This document shows, in pieces, positions 27,531-41,623 of a stretch of 64,000 bases of DNA (its first letter is position 1; each line of letters begins with the position of its first letter). Origin of the DNA: Eledone cirrhosa (Eukaryota); assembly GCA_964016885.1 (NCBI GenBank), contig OZ024741.1, positions 116,126,001-116,190,000 of the forward strand, read 5' to 3'. Under the pieces are notes generated by a model that had not been told where the DNA came from, did no database searches, and was given only the letters and a program-made list of their open reading frames with translations. The translations under genes were made by a program, and so were the position numbers.

Positions 27531-29312
27531 TTAGTCTTATTTTACTCACTACAACTTCTGAGATTAATGAGATGTTGCTGATACAGAATTTAAAGGATTG
27601 GATTTGTTAACTCTTTAGAATTTAAACCAGTCATATCCAGCCAGAATTCTCTCACCTCTTTCAGCTCAAACCAGCCATAACTGGCCACTCATAGTGATGT
27701 TAAGGTATTGTTCTCAAAAATATTATGTGAGACAATTATGTGAGATAAAGTGTTTACCACAAAAATACAATAGTGTATATAGAGTAATGTAAATGCTAAA
27801 GGGATAATGCAATGGGATTTAATATTTATACAACCATTTGTTGAAATGAATTTAAGATTAACTGATGATGAATTTTCCATGAAACGAGTCATCCCTCATG
27901 TCATAAGAGATGACTAAAGGGTTGGCACTAGGAAGGGTATATGACTGTAAAACATTGCCACAAAAAAGGCCCCATGATGAGTAGAAAGCCTATTATGAGA
28001 ACTGCGCTTCAGCATGGGAAATGGTCATAATCTTTTTCATACCAAACTGCCTGAAATTTTCCTTGATTAATGATACAAAACTACTCATTTTAAAATGTAT
28101 ATCGTTATCCTTTCATCATAATTTTATTTTTAGAAATTTTTCCTTACTAACGAATAATTTATTTTATTAAATAATTTATTTTATTAAATTTTCCATGTGT
28201 TTGGTTATTTTCAAAATTACTTGAAAGCCATAAGCAGTGCCTTTCATTAGAAATACAGGAACAAAAGAGTTTAAGTTCTTGTTTATTAATACTAAAATAT
28301 TTCAAAGGAAATAAATTCAATAATTTTTTCCTTTTCTTTTTTTTACTCCTAGTTTGAAAACTAAAATAATTTCAGGCCCTTTTACCTTTCTTTAAGAAAA
28401 TATTTTTGTTGTCGTTTTTTTGTTTTTTTTTTGTTTTTTTTATATTTAAGTATGCAACATTAAATATATACTAGAGTTATGAACTAAATTATTGATTTCT
28501 AGCATTAGAAAAATTCTGAAAATTTCTGGGGCAATGTGGGGTGCTATGTTCAGGGCCATATTTAGACATTGGAGGTCCAAGGCAGTTCAGGTTAGGTAGA
28601 CCCAGAGTTATTCAGGTTTTGGAGGCCTGGGGCAGTTCAGGTTGGGGAGAAGAGGGCAGGGCAGTCGGGGGTCGGGGGGGGGGGCATGTTTCATAAAGAG
28701 TACCCAGAGCATTTGCCCACCCCACCCCCTGATAAATCTGGTCCTGGCTATACTTGACTGATACTTTTATTTTATCAACCCTAGGAAAGATCAAAAGCCA
28801 AACTGACCTCAACAGGATTTGAACTCAGAACATTCAAGGCTGTAATTAAACTATTTCTTATATTTTCATAATTTATTGCTGGCCTTGTAGCAATATACAA
28901 AGGATACTACTATGGCTGAGAATTTATACAAACCTGCTTGAATGTTAGTCTGAACTGAGAAATAACAAGTGTGTGTATGTGTTGGGGTAAGGGGGGTGAG
29001 TGTGTGTGTGAGTATAAGTGGGTGAGTTTGTGTGTGTGTGTGTGTGAGTATATGTGAGTGAGTGAGTGTAAGTGGGTGTGAGTGTATGTGTATGTGAGTG
29101 AGTGAGTGAGAGAGTGTATGTGTATTTAAGTGTATGTGTGTTTAAATGTGTGTGTGTGTGTAAGTGTGAGACAGAGTGTGTGTGTCAGTGTGTGTATGAG
29201 TGTGTGAGTGAGTGTATGTGTGTGTAAATGTGTGTGTGTATGTGTAAGTGTATGAGAAAGTGTGAAAAAAAATGTTGTTGTTGCAAGTGAAGGGGCTATG
29301 CATACAACTTAC

Positions 29313-29367
29313 CCGTGAGACTTCACCACTACCCCAGTCATTAACAAATGAAGACATAGAGCAAGAC
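29313..29367 (-). CDS. Host gene exon: SCSMSSFVNDWGSGEVSR
   Basis: Acceptor ttttcttttatttatacag, donor CGG|gtaagt, 55 nt, phase 2 to 0, compatible with both neighbouring exons. Confidence 0.85.
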
Positions 29368-30637
29368 CTGTATAAATAAAAGAAAACAGAGTGTTATTAT
29401 TTCAGCACTATAAAGGGTGATGGATTGGCAGTATCAGCAGAGCATCGGACAAAATGTTTTGTGGCACACAGTTATGTCCCCTTTACATTCTGAGCTCAAA
29501 TCCTGCTGAGGTTAGCTTTGCCTTTTATCCTTGCGGAATCAATAAATAAAGTACCAATAACACACTGAGGTCGACTTAATCAACTTTCCCCTCTCCTAAA
29601 AGTGTTGGCCTTGTATCTAAATCAGAAACTATTATTTCAGCATTATAGGACAGTGGATTTCACATTCATTAAAGCATTAGGACGAAATGCTTTGCAGTAT
29701 TTAGTTAGGCCTTCTAGTTTCAAATCCTGCCAATGTCAACTTTACCTTTCATCCATCCGGGGTCAAGAAAATAAAGTACCAATTAAGTACTGAGGTTGAA
29801 GTAATTGACTTTCCTTTTCCCCCAACTGCTGGCTTTATATCAATTTTAGAAGAAGAATTTTAACATTATCTAGTTATGTCTTGAGAATATTATTTTGATA
29901 CCTAAACCCTTTAACATTTAAACAAGCCATATCCAGCCAGAATTCTCTCACCTCTTTCTGCTCAAACCGGCTGTAACTGGCCACTCATACTGATGTTAAG
30001 GTATTGTTCTCAAAATAAATAATATCAAAATCTCATAGATTCAATATCATGAGATAATTATGTAAGGTAAAGCCTTTACCATTAAAATATAGAGCAATGT
30101 AAATGCTAAACATTCTGTAACATGGTTGGCATTAGGAAAGGCATCCAACTGTAGAAAATTTATTTTAAAAAATGGTTGAGGGTACACTTCAATCACATCA
30201 AAGATATGACAACCACTCTAGTGCTGGAGCCATGATGAAACACACACACTACACTTTGTAAAGTGGTTGGCATTAGGAAAGGCATCCAGCTATAGAAAAT
30301 ATGCAAAAGAGTTTGAGAGAACTCTTCAGTCATGTCAGGTATGAGACAATCTCTATAGTACTGTAGCTATGATAAAATGCATCCAGTACACTCTGTAAAG
30401 TGGTTAGCCTTAAGAAGGCAATAATATCTGTTAATTCTCCCTTCAGAGTCTTCCTCTAACTGGGTTTGGACTTTAGTGAATAACAACAAAATTGCTTCTT
30501 TTTTTTGTTTGTGGGGTACAGTCGTTTCAGAGGTTTTTTTTATGTGAGAGAGGTAATAAATATCTCAACCAAACCATTTTTTTTTTCATTTGTTGATTTA
30601 TTTAATCAATAATTAATGTCTGAAAATGTGTGGCTAT

Positions 30638-31298
30638 TGCTACTACTACAGCTGCTGCAACTACTACAACCACTACAACTACTGCTACTACAGCTACTTC
30701 TACTACAACTGCTACTACTGCTGTTACCAGTACTACTGCTACCACTAATGTCAATAATAATATCACTACCACCACTAATGCTACTATTAGAGCAGCTACA
30801 ACCACTACTAATAATGACTTTTGATTTAGGCACAAGGCCAACAATATTTTTTTTTGGGGGGGGGGGGGCGATTTAATCGACCCAAGTGCGTTACTGGTAT
30901 TTATTTTATCAACCAAATAAGGATGAAAGGCAAAGTTAACCTCGACAGGATTTGAAATCAGAACGCAAAGGGCCGTAACTCTATGATGTAAAGCATGTTG
31001 TCAGGCACTCTACCGATATTGCCAATCCACCGCCCTTTACAACTGCTACTACTACTACTAATAATACTCTACTACTACTACTACTACTGCTACTGCTGCT
31101 GCTATACCAAATGCCAGGTGAGTGACACAAAAAATAGCACCTGCTACAACCTCAACTACTACTGCTGTCATTACGTACACCACCACCACCACTACTATTA
31201 CCACCAACACAACTACTACTACTACTATCAGCACCACTACTAGTAATACTACTATCAGCACCACTACTACTACTACTACTACTTCTATTACCATCACC

Positions 31299-31330
<32 letters not shown>

Positions 31331-31862
31331 CAGCACTACTTCTACTATTTCCACTATCATCACCACCAAAACTACTACTACTACTATTTGCACTACCACC
31401 ACTACCTCTACTACTACAACCACTACAACTATTTGAATTCTTTGCCAAGACTTTTATAAATTATTTTGGCTATTGTCCAGATATATACACAGCCAAGTCA
31501 ACAACCCAGTTTCAACTCCCAGCATTACCTATCTACCATTACACATATACACCACCACCACCACCATGATCCACGCCGCCAACACCTTTGGTAAAGATAC
31601 AACATATTCACCACCACCACCACTCACACCTCAAACATCTTTGGTAAAAATACATGAACACCACCACCACCACAACCCCTCTCTATAAATGCCAGAACTT
31701 CTGGTATCTACAATCATGATGATGATGATGATAAGAATGATGATGATGATGACAATGACGATGATGACAATGATGATGATGACAATGATGATGCTGACGA
31801 TGATGCTGACGATAAAGATGATGATGATGGCGGTGATGGTAATGATGGTGGCGGTGGTGGTG
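30638..31862. repeat. Trinucleotide low-complexity tracts, (CTA/CCA)n and (GAT)n, with an interposed SINE
   Basis: Directly visible. These tracts produce the poly-T/V/S/M ORFs. Confidence 0.9.
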
Positions 31863-32367
31863 AAATTGTCTTATCTCTTGTCATTTTACAACATCAGCTG
31901 CTGCCATGACAGAAACAGTTGAAGCACAAGGCTAAATGTTTTACCAAATTTACTCATGTCTTTGTTATATAGGTGGCAAATCAACAGAGTTGTTAAGACA
32001 TTCAATTAACTCAGGGTCCATATAAGAATTTTGGTGGTCCACGCAAAAAAAATAGTAAATTGGGATCTGCAGTAGTATTTTAGGGGTCCATGAAAAAGTT
32101 TTGCTTTCAAAAAAATATCTTAAACCTTAGAGAAAGAAAACAAAAAAAAAAAAAAAAAACAGTTAACCAAAACATGCATGAATGGTCCTGTAACTCTTGA
32201 GGGAGTCATAAGGGCACTGTATTGACATACGTCTCTAAAGCCTTTTTTAAGCCTGGGAGAGCCCATCACCTCTCCAGGTCTGAATACACCAGATTTCTTC
32301 CAGAGATGGATAAAGAGTGAGAGAATGGAAGTGAGAAAGATATACAAGAAGAATCGGCCCCCAGTAC

Positions 32368-32598
32368 TTATAATAATGAAATTATTGTGTACAGTGCTCA
32401 GGTGCACTACAACTCATCAAAAGTGCATGTATAGCACATAGAATAATGTACAAATGTCAGGAAAATGAACAGTATATGAGTCATGATATACATGTGTAAT
32501 GCTGGCGAATTTCAGGAAGCAGGGAGGTTTTAAATGATGCAGTGTCTCGGCAGCTAACAACTGATGCAGGTAGTCTGTTCCATGCTTCAGCAACTCTG
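32368..32598 (-). mobile_element. CR1 3'-end fragment
   Basis: Encodes RVAEAWNRLPASVVSCRDTASFK, followed by the same 3' UTR and tail as 16672-18933. Confidence 0.85.
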
Positions 32599-35000
32599 GC
32601 TGATATTTTTTTATCAACTTCAAATGGATGAAAGGCAAAGTTGACTTCAGCAGGATTTGAACTCAGAGAGCAGAAACAAAGTATTCTATCCGACATTCTA
32701 AGGACTCTGCCGATTCGACACCCATAACCACATTAACAGACAGTTAAAAAGTACAAAACAGTACTATGACGGCATCCCTTTAAATTATTAAATAGTTTAC
32801 TTTAATTTTCTGTAAGTTTTCTCAACAGTCTGTCCAGATACTGTAACCATTTGAATTAAGAAACCTCTTTTTAGATTTTTTCTATGAAATCATTATAGGA
32901 TATTAAAACTTAAATTTTTATATTTATCAAAAAATCTTCTGTCATAATTTCATGTAAGAACTTTTGTTAGGTTGTGCTCCAAACACCAGCTTAATAAGTA
33001 TAAAGTCTGTTACTAAAGTTAGTTTACTCTAAATTCTTGATTATTCTTTAAATTACTTAAAAATTACAGGCAATGTATATTTTAAAATATACACTAAAGG
33101 CATTACATCTAAGGTAGAGAAATTACAGGCCTGTCAACTCTCCCCATCCGGCAGGGAGATCTACCTCTCACTTTGGGGTGGGTGAGAAATGTCTTCTCTT
33201 GTGAAAATAGGTATAGCTTTCATTATGTAAAATCTTCCCATTTTGCGTTTTTCTCCCTGTTTTGGGGCACTTTTTTACATGATACTCCCCGTTTGGGTTT
33301 TTAGAGGTTGACAACATAAAGACTAATTTGTAAATCTAAATTGTTTTGAGTAGTTTTGTTTTTTTGTATTTTTATGTTGAATTTTTAGTATATGATGACA
33401 AATTGGGAGAGAAATTGAGCATTGGATAAAAACACTTTACTGTATTCCTTCCAACTCTCTGCACTCTGAGTTCAAATCCTGCTGATCGACTTTTATCCCT
33501 TCAGGGTTGATGAATAGTGTACCAGTCCAGGGACAACAGATTGGTGGAATTGTCAGAGCGTGAAATAAGATGCCTTGTGGTATCTGTTCCAGCACTGTGA
33601 GTTCTGAGTTCAAATACAACTGACATAATATTCACACACACACACAGATACAGACACACACAAAAATAGATACATACATACACAGATACACACACACAGA
33701 CACACATGCACACAAACACACATGCACACACAGACACATGCGTGCACACACACACAGATATGCGCGCACACACACACACATACACACACAAACACATGCT
33801 TGTGTGCATGCAACAGCCTTCCACACAATTTCCATCAACCAAATTTCACTCACTAAAGTATTAGTCAACACAAAATTCTAGTAGAAGACACTTGCTTGAA
33901 GTGGTAGACAGTGGAATCAAACCTGAACCCACATCCCTCTTCCTACAATACACTACAATAGTAATGGTTGGATACAAATACATGATAAATGTAACCTGGA
34001 CTGTGACACTTTAACAGCTAGAGTGGTTGTAAAGTGCCTAGCTCAAGAACAAAGCAGAGAAGGATAGAAAGTGAGAGAAGGGAAGTGAGAAAGAGATATA
34101 GAGGAAGAATCAACCCCAGTACTAGACTGGTACTTTTTTATCGACCTCGAAGAATGAAAAGCAAAGATTACCTCAGCAGGATTTGAACTTAGAGAATAGG
34201 CAGCCGGAACAATTACCACAAATTATTCTATCTGACGTTCTAACGACTCTGCCAATTTACTGCCTCAACTGACTGTAATTGCAGTTATTTTCTACACTTG
34301 AGCATCCTATATCTTCTATAAATTTATTCCCTCAGCGTTTTGTAAGTTCAAAAGTTTGAGCTTTGCACACAATGTTAGTTTACATTCTCAAAAGCTGTTT
34401 GATTCAGCTCCTTAATTTAGACAGTAAGATGTTGTCAGAGGTCCCTTAACTCAATGGTTAGAGCACTCAGCTGGTATCTAAGAGATATGAGGTTCAATTC
34501 AAATCCAGCTTTTAATGATGGTTTCTAAATTAAATAGAAGGCCAGTAATTTAGTGGTGGGGATCGATTAAATTGCTCCCTGTTCTTAACTAGAACTTGTA
34601 TTTTATTATCAAGCCTCAACCCTCCAGAAGAATAAAAAAAACCAAGTCAGCCTCAGTGAGATTTGAACTCAGAATGTTTTGAGCTGGACCATACACTGCA
34701 AAGTATTTTGTCTAATGCTCTAATGATTCTGCAAATCGATTACCCTCAAAGACCAACCAAATGCTTTATTACACATTGCTCCTTCAACCAGGAGTTGTAA
34801 TCAGCAGATAGTATCAGCAATAGAAAGACCAACAGAAACATACTTTAATTGGTCTAATCTGACAATTGGCTCTATTGTTTTTGTTTTTGTCCCCCCCCCC
34901 CCCCCCCCCCAGCCCTCAGGGTATTGATAAAATTAGAGAAATTGTGATAAGATCAGAAGAAAAGAAAAAAAAACAGAAGAAGAATGAAGAAGTGACTTAC

Positions 35001-35343
35001 TCTGTGGCAACATCTCTTTCATCGAGTGAGATATGGCTTTGATGCATGCAACTGGTATCATTGTCGTGGTTAGGCCAGTCAAGATGCCTGATGAAGGGGG
35101 ATGAACAAGATGAAGATGTTGACATTGCTGATGGTGCATTGGGGGATGTGGCTTCCACCAAATGTAAGTGTGTGTCCTTTGATTGTGCCACATGTACTGC
35201 GGCTAGGTACTTCTCCCGCTCAGTGTTTGACGTAAATCTCTTCAAATCATCTTCCTTCACTTGTATTGAGTTAGGATTCAGCAGTTCATAAATAGAAGAT
35301 AACAATAATTCTCGATCTTCCAGAGATATTTCCTTTAAAGAAT
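35001..35343 (-). CDS. Host gene exon: SAM C-terminal helix (DSLKEISLEDRELLLSSIYEL) plus Ser-rich linker
   Basis: Acceptor tttgttttgacag, donor GA|gtaagt, 343 nt, phase 1 to 2. Lies within ORF 34997..35392. Confidence 0.9.
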
Positions 35344-35526
35344 CTGTCAAAACAAATTCAAAGAAGGGATCATAACAATTTATATACAACAATGTACAAC
35401 AATAAAAAGAGTTTTTAAGGTCGTTTCTGGATTATTATCCATCATCACTCCTTTGCTGCAAAGACAAAAATAAGCTAAAAGCTTACATTTGTTTTGCTTA
35501 TGAATATTGGCTTACTATATATATAT

Positions 35527-35880
35527 GGAGGCACATGGCTTAGTGGTTAGCCTTGCAATCAAAAGGTCGTGAGTTCAATCCTCAGACCGGGTTATGTGTT
35601 CTTTCCTTGAGCAAGACGCTTTATTTCACATTGCTCCAGTTTAATCAGCTGTAGAAATGAGAAGATAGGTCCATATCATTCCACTGCAAAGATAGGTCCA
35701 TATCATTCCACTGCAAAGTGGTCGTGGAGGTGCCACAACAAAAAAGCACCCAGCACTCACTGTAAATGATGTTGGTGTTAGGAAGGGCCTCCAGCTGTAG
35801 AAATCAAGCCAGAATCAGTTCCCGTCCCACCCTTGCAAGCAGGGAAAAGTGAACGTAAAATGAAATAAAATGAAATGATG
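35527..35880 (+). mobile_element. tRNA-headed SINE with RTE-derived body and tail
   Basis: A box TGGCTTAGTGG, B box GAGTTCAATCC. 3' end CCCACCCTTGCAAGCAGGGAAAAGTGAACGTAAAATGA matches the end of the intact RTE. Confidence 0.85.
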
Positions 35881-36802
35881 AAATGATATATCATCATCAT
35901 TTATCTGCTTCCTATACTGGCTGAAGAAAGGATTAGCCTTCTAGTCCTCATGAATGTCTTCTTGTTCATCATGAGGTCTCTTAAGGCAATGTATTATGGC
36001 TGGATGCCCTTCTTGGTGCCAATCTTTTTAGTTGCCTCTTACAGCATGCAGCTGTAGCAATATATGTGTGCTCTCTGCTGGGCATTTTAGTTTTATCTCT
36101 TTGACAAGAACTATATTTTTAACAAAAAGTATTTAATGTCCTGACTGCTGCAAAATTCATCAAATTTTCTCAACTTTAGAGACATCAGGTTGTTACCAGA
36201 AAAATATTCTAATAAAAAGCATTTGATGTTGCTATGTAAAGTGGTTGTGCTGATATTGCAAAAACATTGCACCCAATAAACACTCTAAAATGGTTAGAAA
36301 GAGCTTCATGCCACAGAAACCATGTAATGTATGAGCAACATGAGGTCACTCTGATATGCCTGGTCTCAGACTGTGACAGCCTGTTCAATGCGTGCCAGTG
36401 TGGAAAGAGGATGTCAAATAAGGATGGTTAGATTTTTTAAATTTAATATCTGCATGTATAACTTTTCAATTCCAATTACATGCGCCACCCATCTTTGTTT
36501 TGTAAAGGGATTTTGGTGTGTATTCTAATTTTTTGTAAAGGAGGTTTGATGTGTGCTCTAATTCTTTTGTGTATGAGGGGCCCACCAAACCTGAAGTGTG
36601 CCAGATCCCCCACAAGGATTAAATCAGGACCTGACTGGAGGACCACCTTTAGGAAGTTTCAGTCAATCATATTGATCTCAGTACATATTTTTTCATGCCA
36701 GGTACTTATATTAGTCTCATTTTGTCAATTAGCAAAATAACAGAACACATGCAAATGTTAATACAGACATGGTTATGCACACATTATATATATATATATA
36801 TA

Positions 36803-36856
<54 letters not shown>

Positions 36857-37202
36857 ATAGAGAGAGAGAGAATTATAGTATTATTCAGTTTCTGTTAGTA
36901 TTTCTATGTGTGTGTGTGTGTATATATATATAAATAAACGGAAAAAATGAAACGAAATTTCATTTCTCACTCTTAGTACGGCTGTTACTTAAATATAAGT
37001 ATGTATACGTACATACATATATGTATACAGACGAACAGTACTATGTATATATATATACATACATGCACACATATATATATGTACGTATGGATTCACTGAA
37101 CATTTATTATAATGCTCGGTGTGTTTGTAAACAAACATCCCGAATTAAGCCGTACAGTGTCTAGCAACCATCGTTGCTCATTTGTTCAACACTGACAAAG
37201 GA

Positions 37203-37245
37203 ACGCTGTACTAGTTTCAAGCTTATTAGCTATCGTCAGCAACGT
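37203..37245 (-). ncRNA. Minimal type I hammerhead motif, family C, copy 1
   Basis: ACGTTG-CTGACGA-TAGCTAATAAGCTT-GAAA-CTAG-TA-CAGCGT: 6-bp stem I with one G-U, AGCT/AGCT stem II, palindromic stem III CTAG. Confidence 0.75.
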
Positions 37246-37633
37246 ATACCTTCCTGCCAGATGGTTGAACGTCTGAAAGTATATACTTTCCTTATGCATA
37301 TTAACGGCTGAGCAGCCTAATTTGCATATCGAGTGAGTTAATCGGCCGGGATACCGAAAACGATAAACGGAAAAAATGAAACAAAATTTCATTTCTCACT
37401 CTTAGTACGGCTGTTACTTAAATATAAGTATGTATACGTACATACATATATGTATACCGACGTACAGAAGTATGTATATATATATATACATACATGCACA
37501 CATATATATAAGTACGTATGGATTCACTGAACATTTATTATAATGCTCGGTGTGTTTGTAAACAAACATCCCGAATTAAGCCGTACAGTGTCTAGCAACC
37601 ATCGTTGCTCATTTGTTCAACACTGACAAAGGA

Positions 37634-37676
37634 ACGCTGTACTAGTTTCAAGCTTATTAGCTATCGTCAGCAACGT
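37634..37676 (-). ncRNA. Minimal type I hammerhead motif, family C, copy 2
   Basis: Identical to 37203-37245. Confidence 0.75.
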
Positions 37677-38159
37677 ATACCTTCCTGCCAGATGGTTGAA
37701 CGTCTGAAAGTATATACTTTCCTTATGCATATTAACGGCTGAGCAGCCTAATTTGCATATCGAGTGAGTTAATCGGCCGGGATACCGAAAACGATAAACG
37801 GAAAAAATGAAACAAAATTTCATTTCTCACTCTTAGTACGGCTGTTACTTAAATATAAGTATGTATACGTACATACATATATGTATACAGACGTACAGTA
37901 GTATGTATATATATATACATACATGCACACATATATATACGTATTTACGTATGGATTCACCGAACATTTATTATAATGCATACGTACATATATGTATGTG
38001 TGCATGTATGTATATATATATATATATACATACTACTGTACATCTTTATACATATATGTATGTACGTATACATACTTATATGTATGTGTGCATGTATGTA
38101 TATATATATATATATACATACTACTGTACATCTTTATACATATATGTATGTACGTATAC

Positions 38160-38220
<61 letters not shown>

Positions 38221-38223
38221 TAC

Positions 38224-38268
<45 letters not shown>

Positions 38269-38634
38269 TATACATATAGAGAGAGACAGCAGAGAGACTG
38301 ATTGAGAAGAAGTGAGAAATAGATATAGAAGAAGAATTGACCCCAGTATTTGACTAGTACATTTTTTATTGACCTTGAAAAGATGAAAGGCAAAGTTAAT
38401 CTAGGTGGGATCTGAACTCAGAGAGCACAGAGAAACAGAACAGATAGTAGAAAACATTCTGTCAGATTTAAACGACTCGTGTTAACAGGTGTATGATAAT
38501 GTAATATATGGAATGATAAAATCAGAATAATAAAAATAATATAGAATCGTTTTGTAATAGAAAATGTGATTTTAAATTCCAAATATTTGCTAAAAAAAAT
38601 GCAAGTTGAAACAAAAATATATAAAATATATTAC

Positions 38635-38685
38635 CAAGAAAATGTAAGTTTCCTTCCACCAAAGTGGTCCCTGTAACTTGGTTCT
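38635..38685 (-). CDS. Host gene exon: middle of the SAM domain, (E)NQVTGTTLVEGNLHFL(D)
   Basis: Acceptor tttttctgtttcag, donor G|gtaata, 51 nt, phase 1 to 1. ENQVTG matches the SAM consensus (ENEIDG-like). Confidence 0.85.
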
Positions 38686-38767
38686 CTGAAACAGAAAAAT
38701 GAAAGACATTATGCATATAATATATACACACACACAATAATATATATCTATATATATATATATATAT

Positions 38768-39190
38768 ATCATCATCACCGTTTTACGTCCGTTCTTCCAC
38801 GCAAGGATGGGTTAGATGGGTTGTCCTGTTGTGGGCAATGTTAGGTCAGTTGACTTTGTCTTGCTCATACAGGAACTGATTCTGGCTTGATTTCTACAGC
38901 TGGATGCCCTTCCTAACACCAACCTCATTTACAGTGAGTGCTGGGTGCTTTTTTTCTGTGGCGCCTACACGTCCACTTTACAGTGTGGGCTGGGTGCTTT
39001 TTTGTCGTGGCACCTCCACTTTAGATAGGGACCCCAGTCCCTATCATCTCATTTCTACAGCTGAGTAAACTGGAGTAATGTGAAATAAAGTGTCTTGCTC
39101 AAGGAAACAACACATCACCCGGTCCGAGAATTTAACTCACAACCTTTCGATTGCAAGGCCAATGCTCTAACCACTAGGCCATGTGCCTCC
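38768..39190 (-). mobile_element. tRNA-headed SINE with RTE-derived body and tail
   Basis: Head GGAGGCACATGGCCTAGTGG. Body and tail nearly match the 3' region of the RTE at 4812-5070. Confidence 0.85.
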
Positions 39191-39708
39191 ATATATATAT
39201 ACATAAATATAAATACACATATATATGTGTGTGTGTATGTGTATATATACCTATGACAGGTTTTAAACACATGCAGCCATGTGTCTATATGTATATAGAT
39301 ATATATATATATATATATGTATATGAATATTTATATGTATGTATGTGTATATGTGCATCTTCATATAAGTGTGTCTATATATTTTTATCCCTTATTTTAC
39401 GTATGTGTACATCTACGTATATCTGATTCTGTGTGTACATGTATTTTTTCCGTTATTTTATTTCAGCCTCACTTTCACTGATAATACATTTTAATTTCAT
39501 ATCTTATATCCAAAATAAAGATTCCATCTGATGAGCGATATCAAACGTTTCTGTTAGAATCATCTAACTTCCTGAAACCTTGGGTAATGGAATAATCATA
39601 TTGTGTTGTTAATTAAATAGCTCTGTACTATACATAGAGCACTCTTCTTTCCTTTACCTTTTCCACGGAAATACTTAACACACACACACGTATATATATA
39701 CACACACA

Positions 39709-39832
<124 letters not shown>

Positions 39833-40116
39833 TATATATATATATACACACACACATATATATATATATACACACACACATATATATATATATATACACA
39901 CACATATATATATATATATACACATATATATACACATACACATACACATATATATATATACACACACACACATATATATACACACACACACATATATATA
40001 TACACACACACACATATATATATACACACACACATATATATATACACACACATGTATATATACACACACATGTATATATACACACACACATATATATATA
40101 CACACACATGTATATA

Positions 40117-41423
40117 CAGGGTGTTCGGGATAAATTTGACAGAATAATATTTGATTGTTTTTTCAGATGTTTTAAATTCATTCATGCCCACTAGGCTTTA
40201 TTTGAAAGTTTAAACCCTCCTTCATTCATATAGGTGATGACAACGAGAATGGATGACTGGGGGCCACCTGAATCATGGAAGAGAATAACTTGTATCATGA
40301 TGATTCGCGCCGGCCATCAAAATAAGGAGATTATGGTTGCTGCTCAATGCTCCCTGAACACTGTAAAAAACAATCCGGCATGAACTGGAGAATTGCAATG
40401 GAGACTACGAGGCTGTGGCTAGAAGAAAGAAACATAACAGAAGATCTGATTGCTCTCGCACAGCAGAATTCATCGAAAATCTGCAGAAAAAAGTGTTGGA
40501 GGACCCTGGCATCGGAATTCGGTCTTTGTCGCGTGAATTGAATGTTTCAGCCTCTACTATGAAAGTTGCACTCAATGAAGACCTTCGCTACTACTCATAC
40601 AAGCGTCGCAGAGGTCAACTTCTCACAGAAAAGGCCCGCGAAAATCGTCTGACAAAGGCGAAGAAACTTCTGAGCAAAGTGAAACATCCTGCTGAAGCAC
40701 AAACAATCTGGTTCTTTTCCGATGAGAAAAACTTTTGCCAAGATCAAAAACACAACACGCAGAATAACAGATGACTTGCATACAGTCCAAAGGACACTCC
40801 TCGAGTCATGCAGACTAAATTTTCCCAAACTGTCATGGTTTTTGGATGTGTGTCCTCCGAGGGTGATGTGATGCCTCCGCATTTTTTCAAACAAGGTCTC
40901 AGGTTGAATTCAGATGCCTACGTGGAATTGCTAACTACTGTAGTTAAGCCCTGGATAACAAGGGTAGCCAATAATAGGCCGTATGTATGGCAGCAGGATT
41001 CGGCCCCCTGCCACACCTCGGGGAAAAGTCAAAAATGGTTGTCAGCCAATTTTTACGACTACACCAGTCCCAATGTTTGGCCTCCGAACTCCCCTGATCT
41101 TAACCCGATGGACTATTATGTATGGGGCGCTGTAGAGAAAGACACCAATTGCCGTGCCAGTACTACAAAAGCCCAGTTGATCGACAGAATTAAAGTAGTT
41201 TTTGAGGGCCTTCCCAGGGAAAGTGTAAAATCAGCTTGCTCCAGGTTCTGGGCCCGGATTGAGGCTGTAATAGACGCTAATGGCGGTTATTTTGAGTAAA
41301 ACTCTTTGACAATAGTGTAATTTCCTTGTCCATTGAATTTTTTTTAAATCAAATAAATTTTGTAGATACCAAGCACTTTTTCTTTTTCCTGATGAAACTG
41401 TCAAATTTATCCCGAACACCCTG
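40117..41423 (+). mobile_element. Full-length but inactivated DD37D (maT) Tc1/mariner transposon inserted in a TA/CA microsatellite
   Basis: Perfect TIRs CAGGGTGTTCGGGATAAATTTGACAG and TA TSD. Motifs FFSDEKNF, WQQDSAPCH, SPDLNPMD, with 37 residues between the 2nd and 3rd D. Frameshift near 40365 and a stop at 40772. Confidence 0.92.
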
Positions 41424-41576
41424 TATATACACACATGTATATATATATATACACACACACATATATATATACACACACATATATATATATATACACACAC
41501 ATATATATATATACACACACACATATATATATATACACACACATATATATATATATACACACACATATATATATAT

Positions 41577-41623
<47 letters not shown>

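Larger units (their letters stand above)
36934..38170 (-). repeat. Tandem array (about 2.4 units of 429-431 bp) with one hammerhead per full unit, plus a short inverted segment: retrozyme or PLE pLTR-like (family C)
   Basis: Unit starts at 36934, 37363 and 37794. Identical ORFs 37186..37392 and 37617..37823 are 431 bp apart. Flanked by (TA)n. Confidence 0.9.

Noticed and set aside
30602-31922. Mucin-like poly-Thr/Val/Met ORFs
   Set aside because: Trinucleotide repeats with no splice or domain support.
37186-37823. Duplicated 68-aa ORF
   Set aside because: A by-product of the 431-bp tandem unit. There is no recognisable domain, and it overlaps the hammerhead.
39528-39550. CTGATGA...AAACGTT hammerhead-like string; similarly 15885-15922
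   Set aside because: GAAA, stem II or stem III is missing or incomplete, so it is too degenerate to call.
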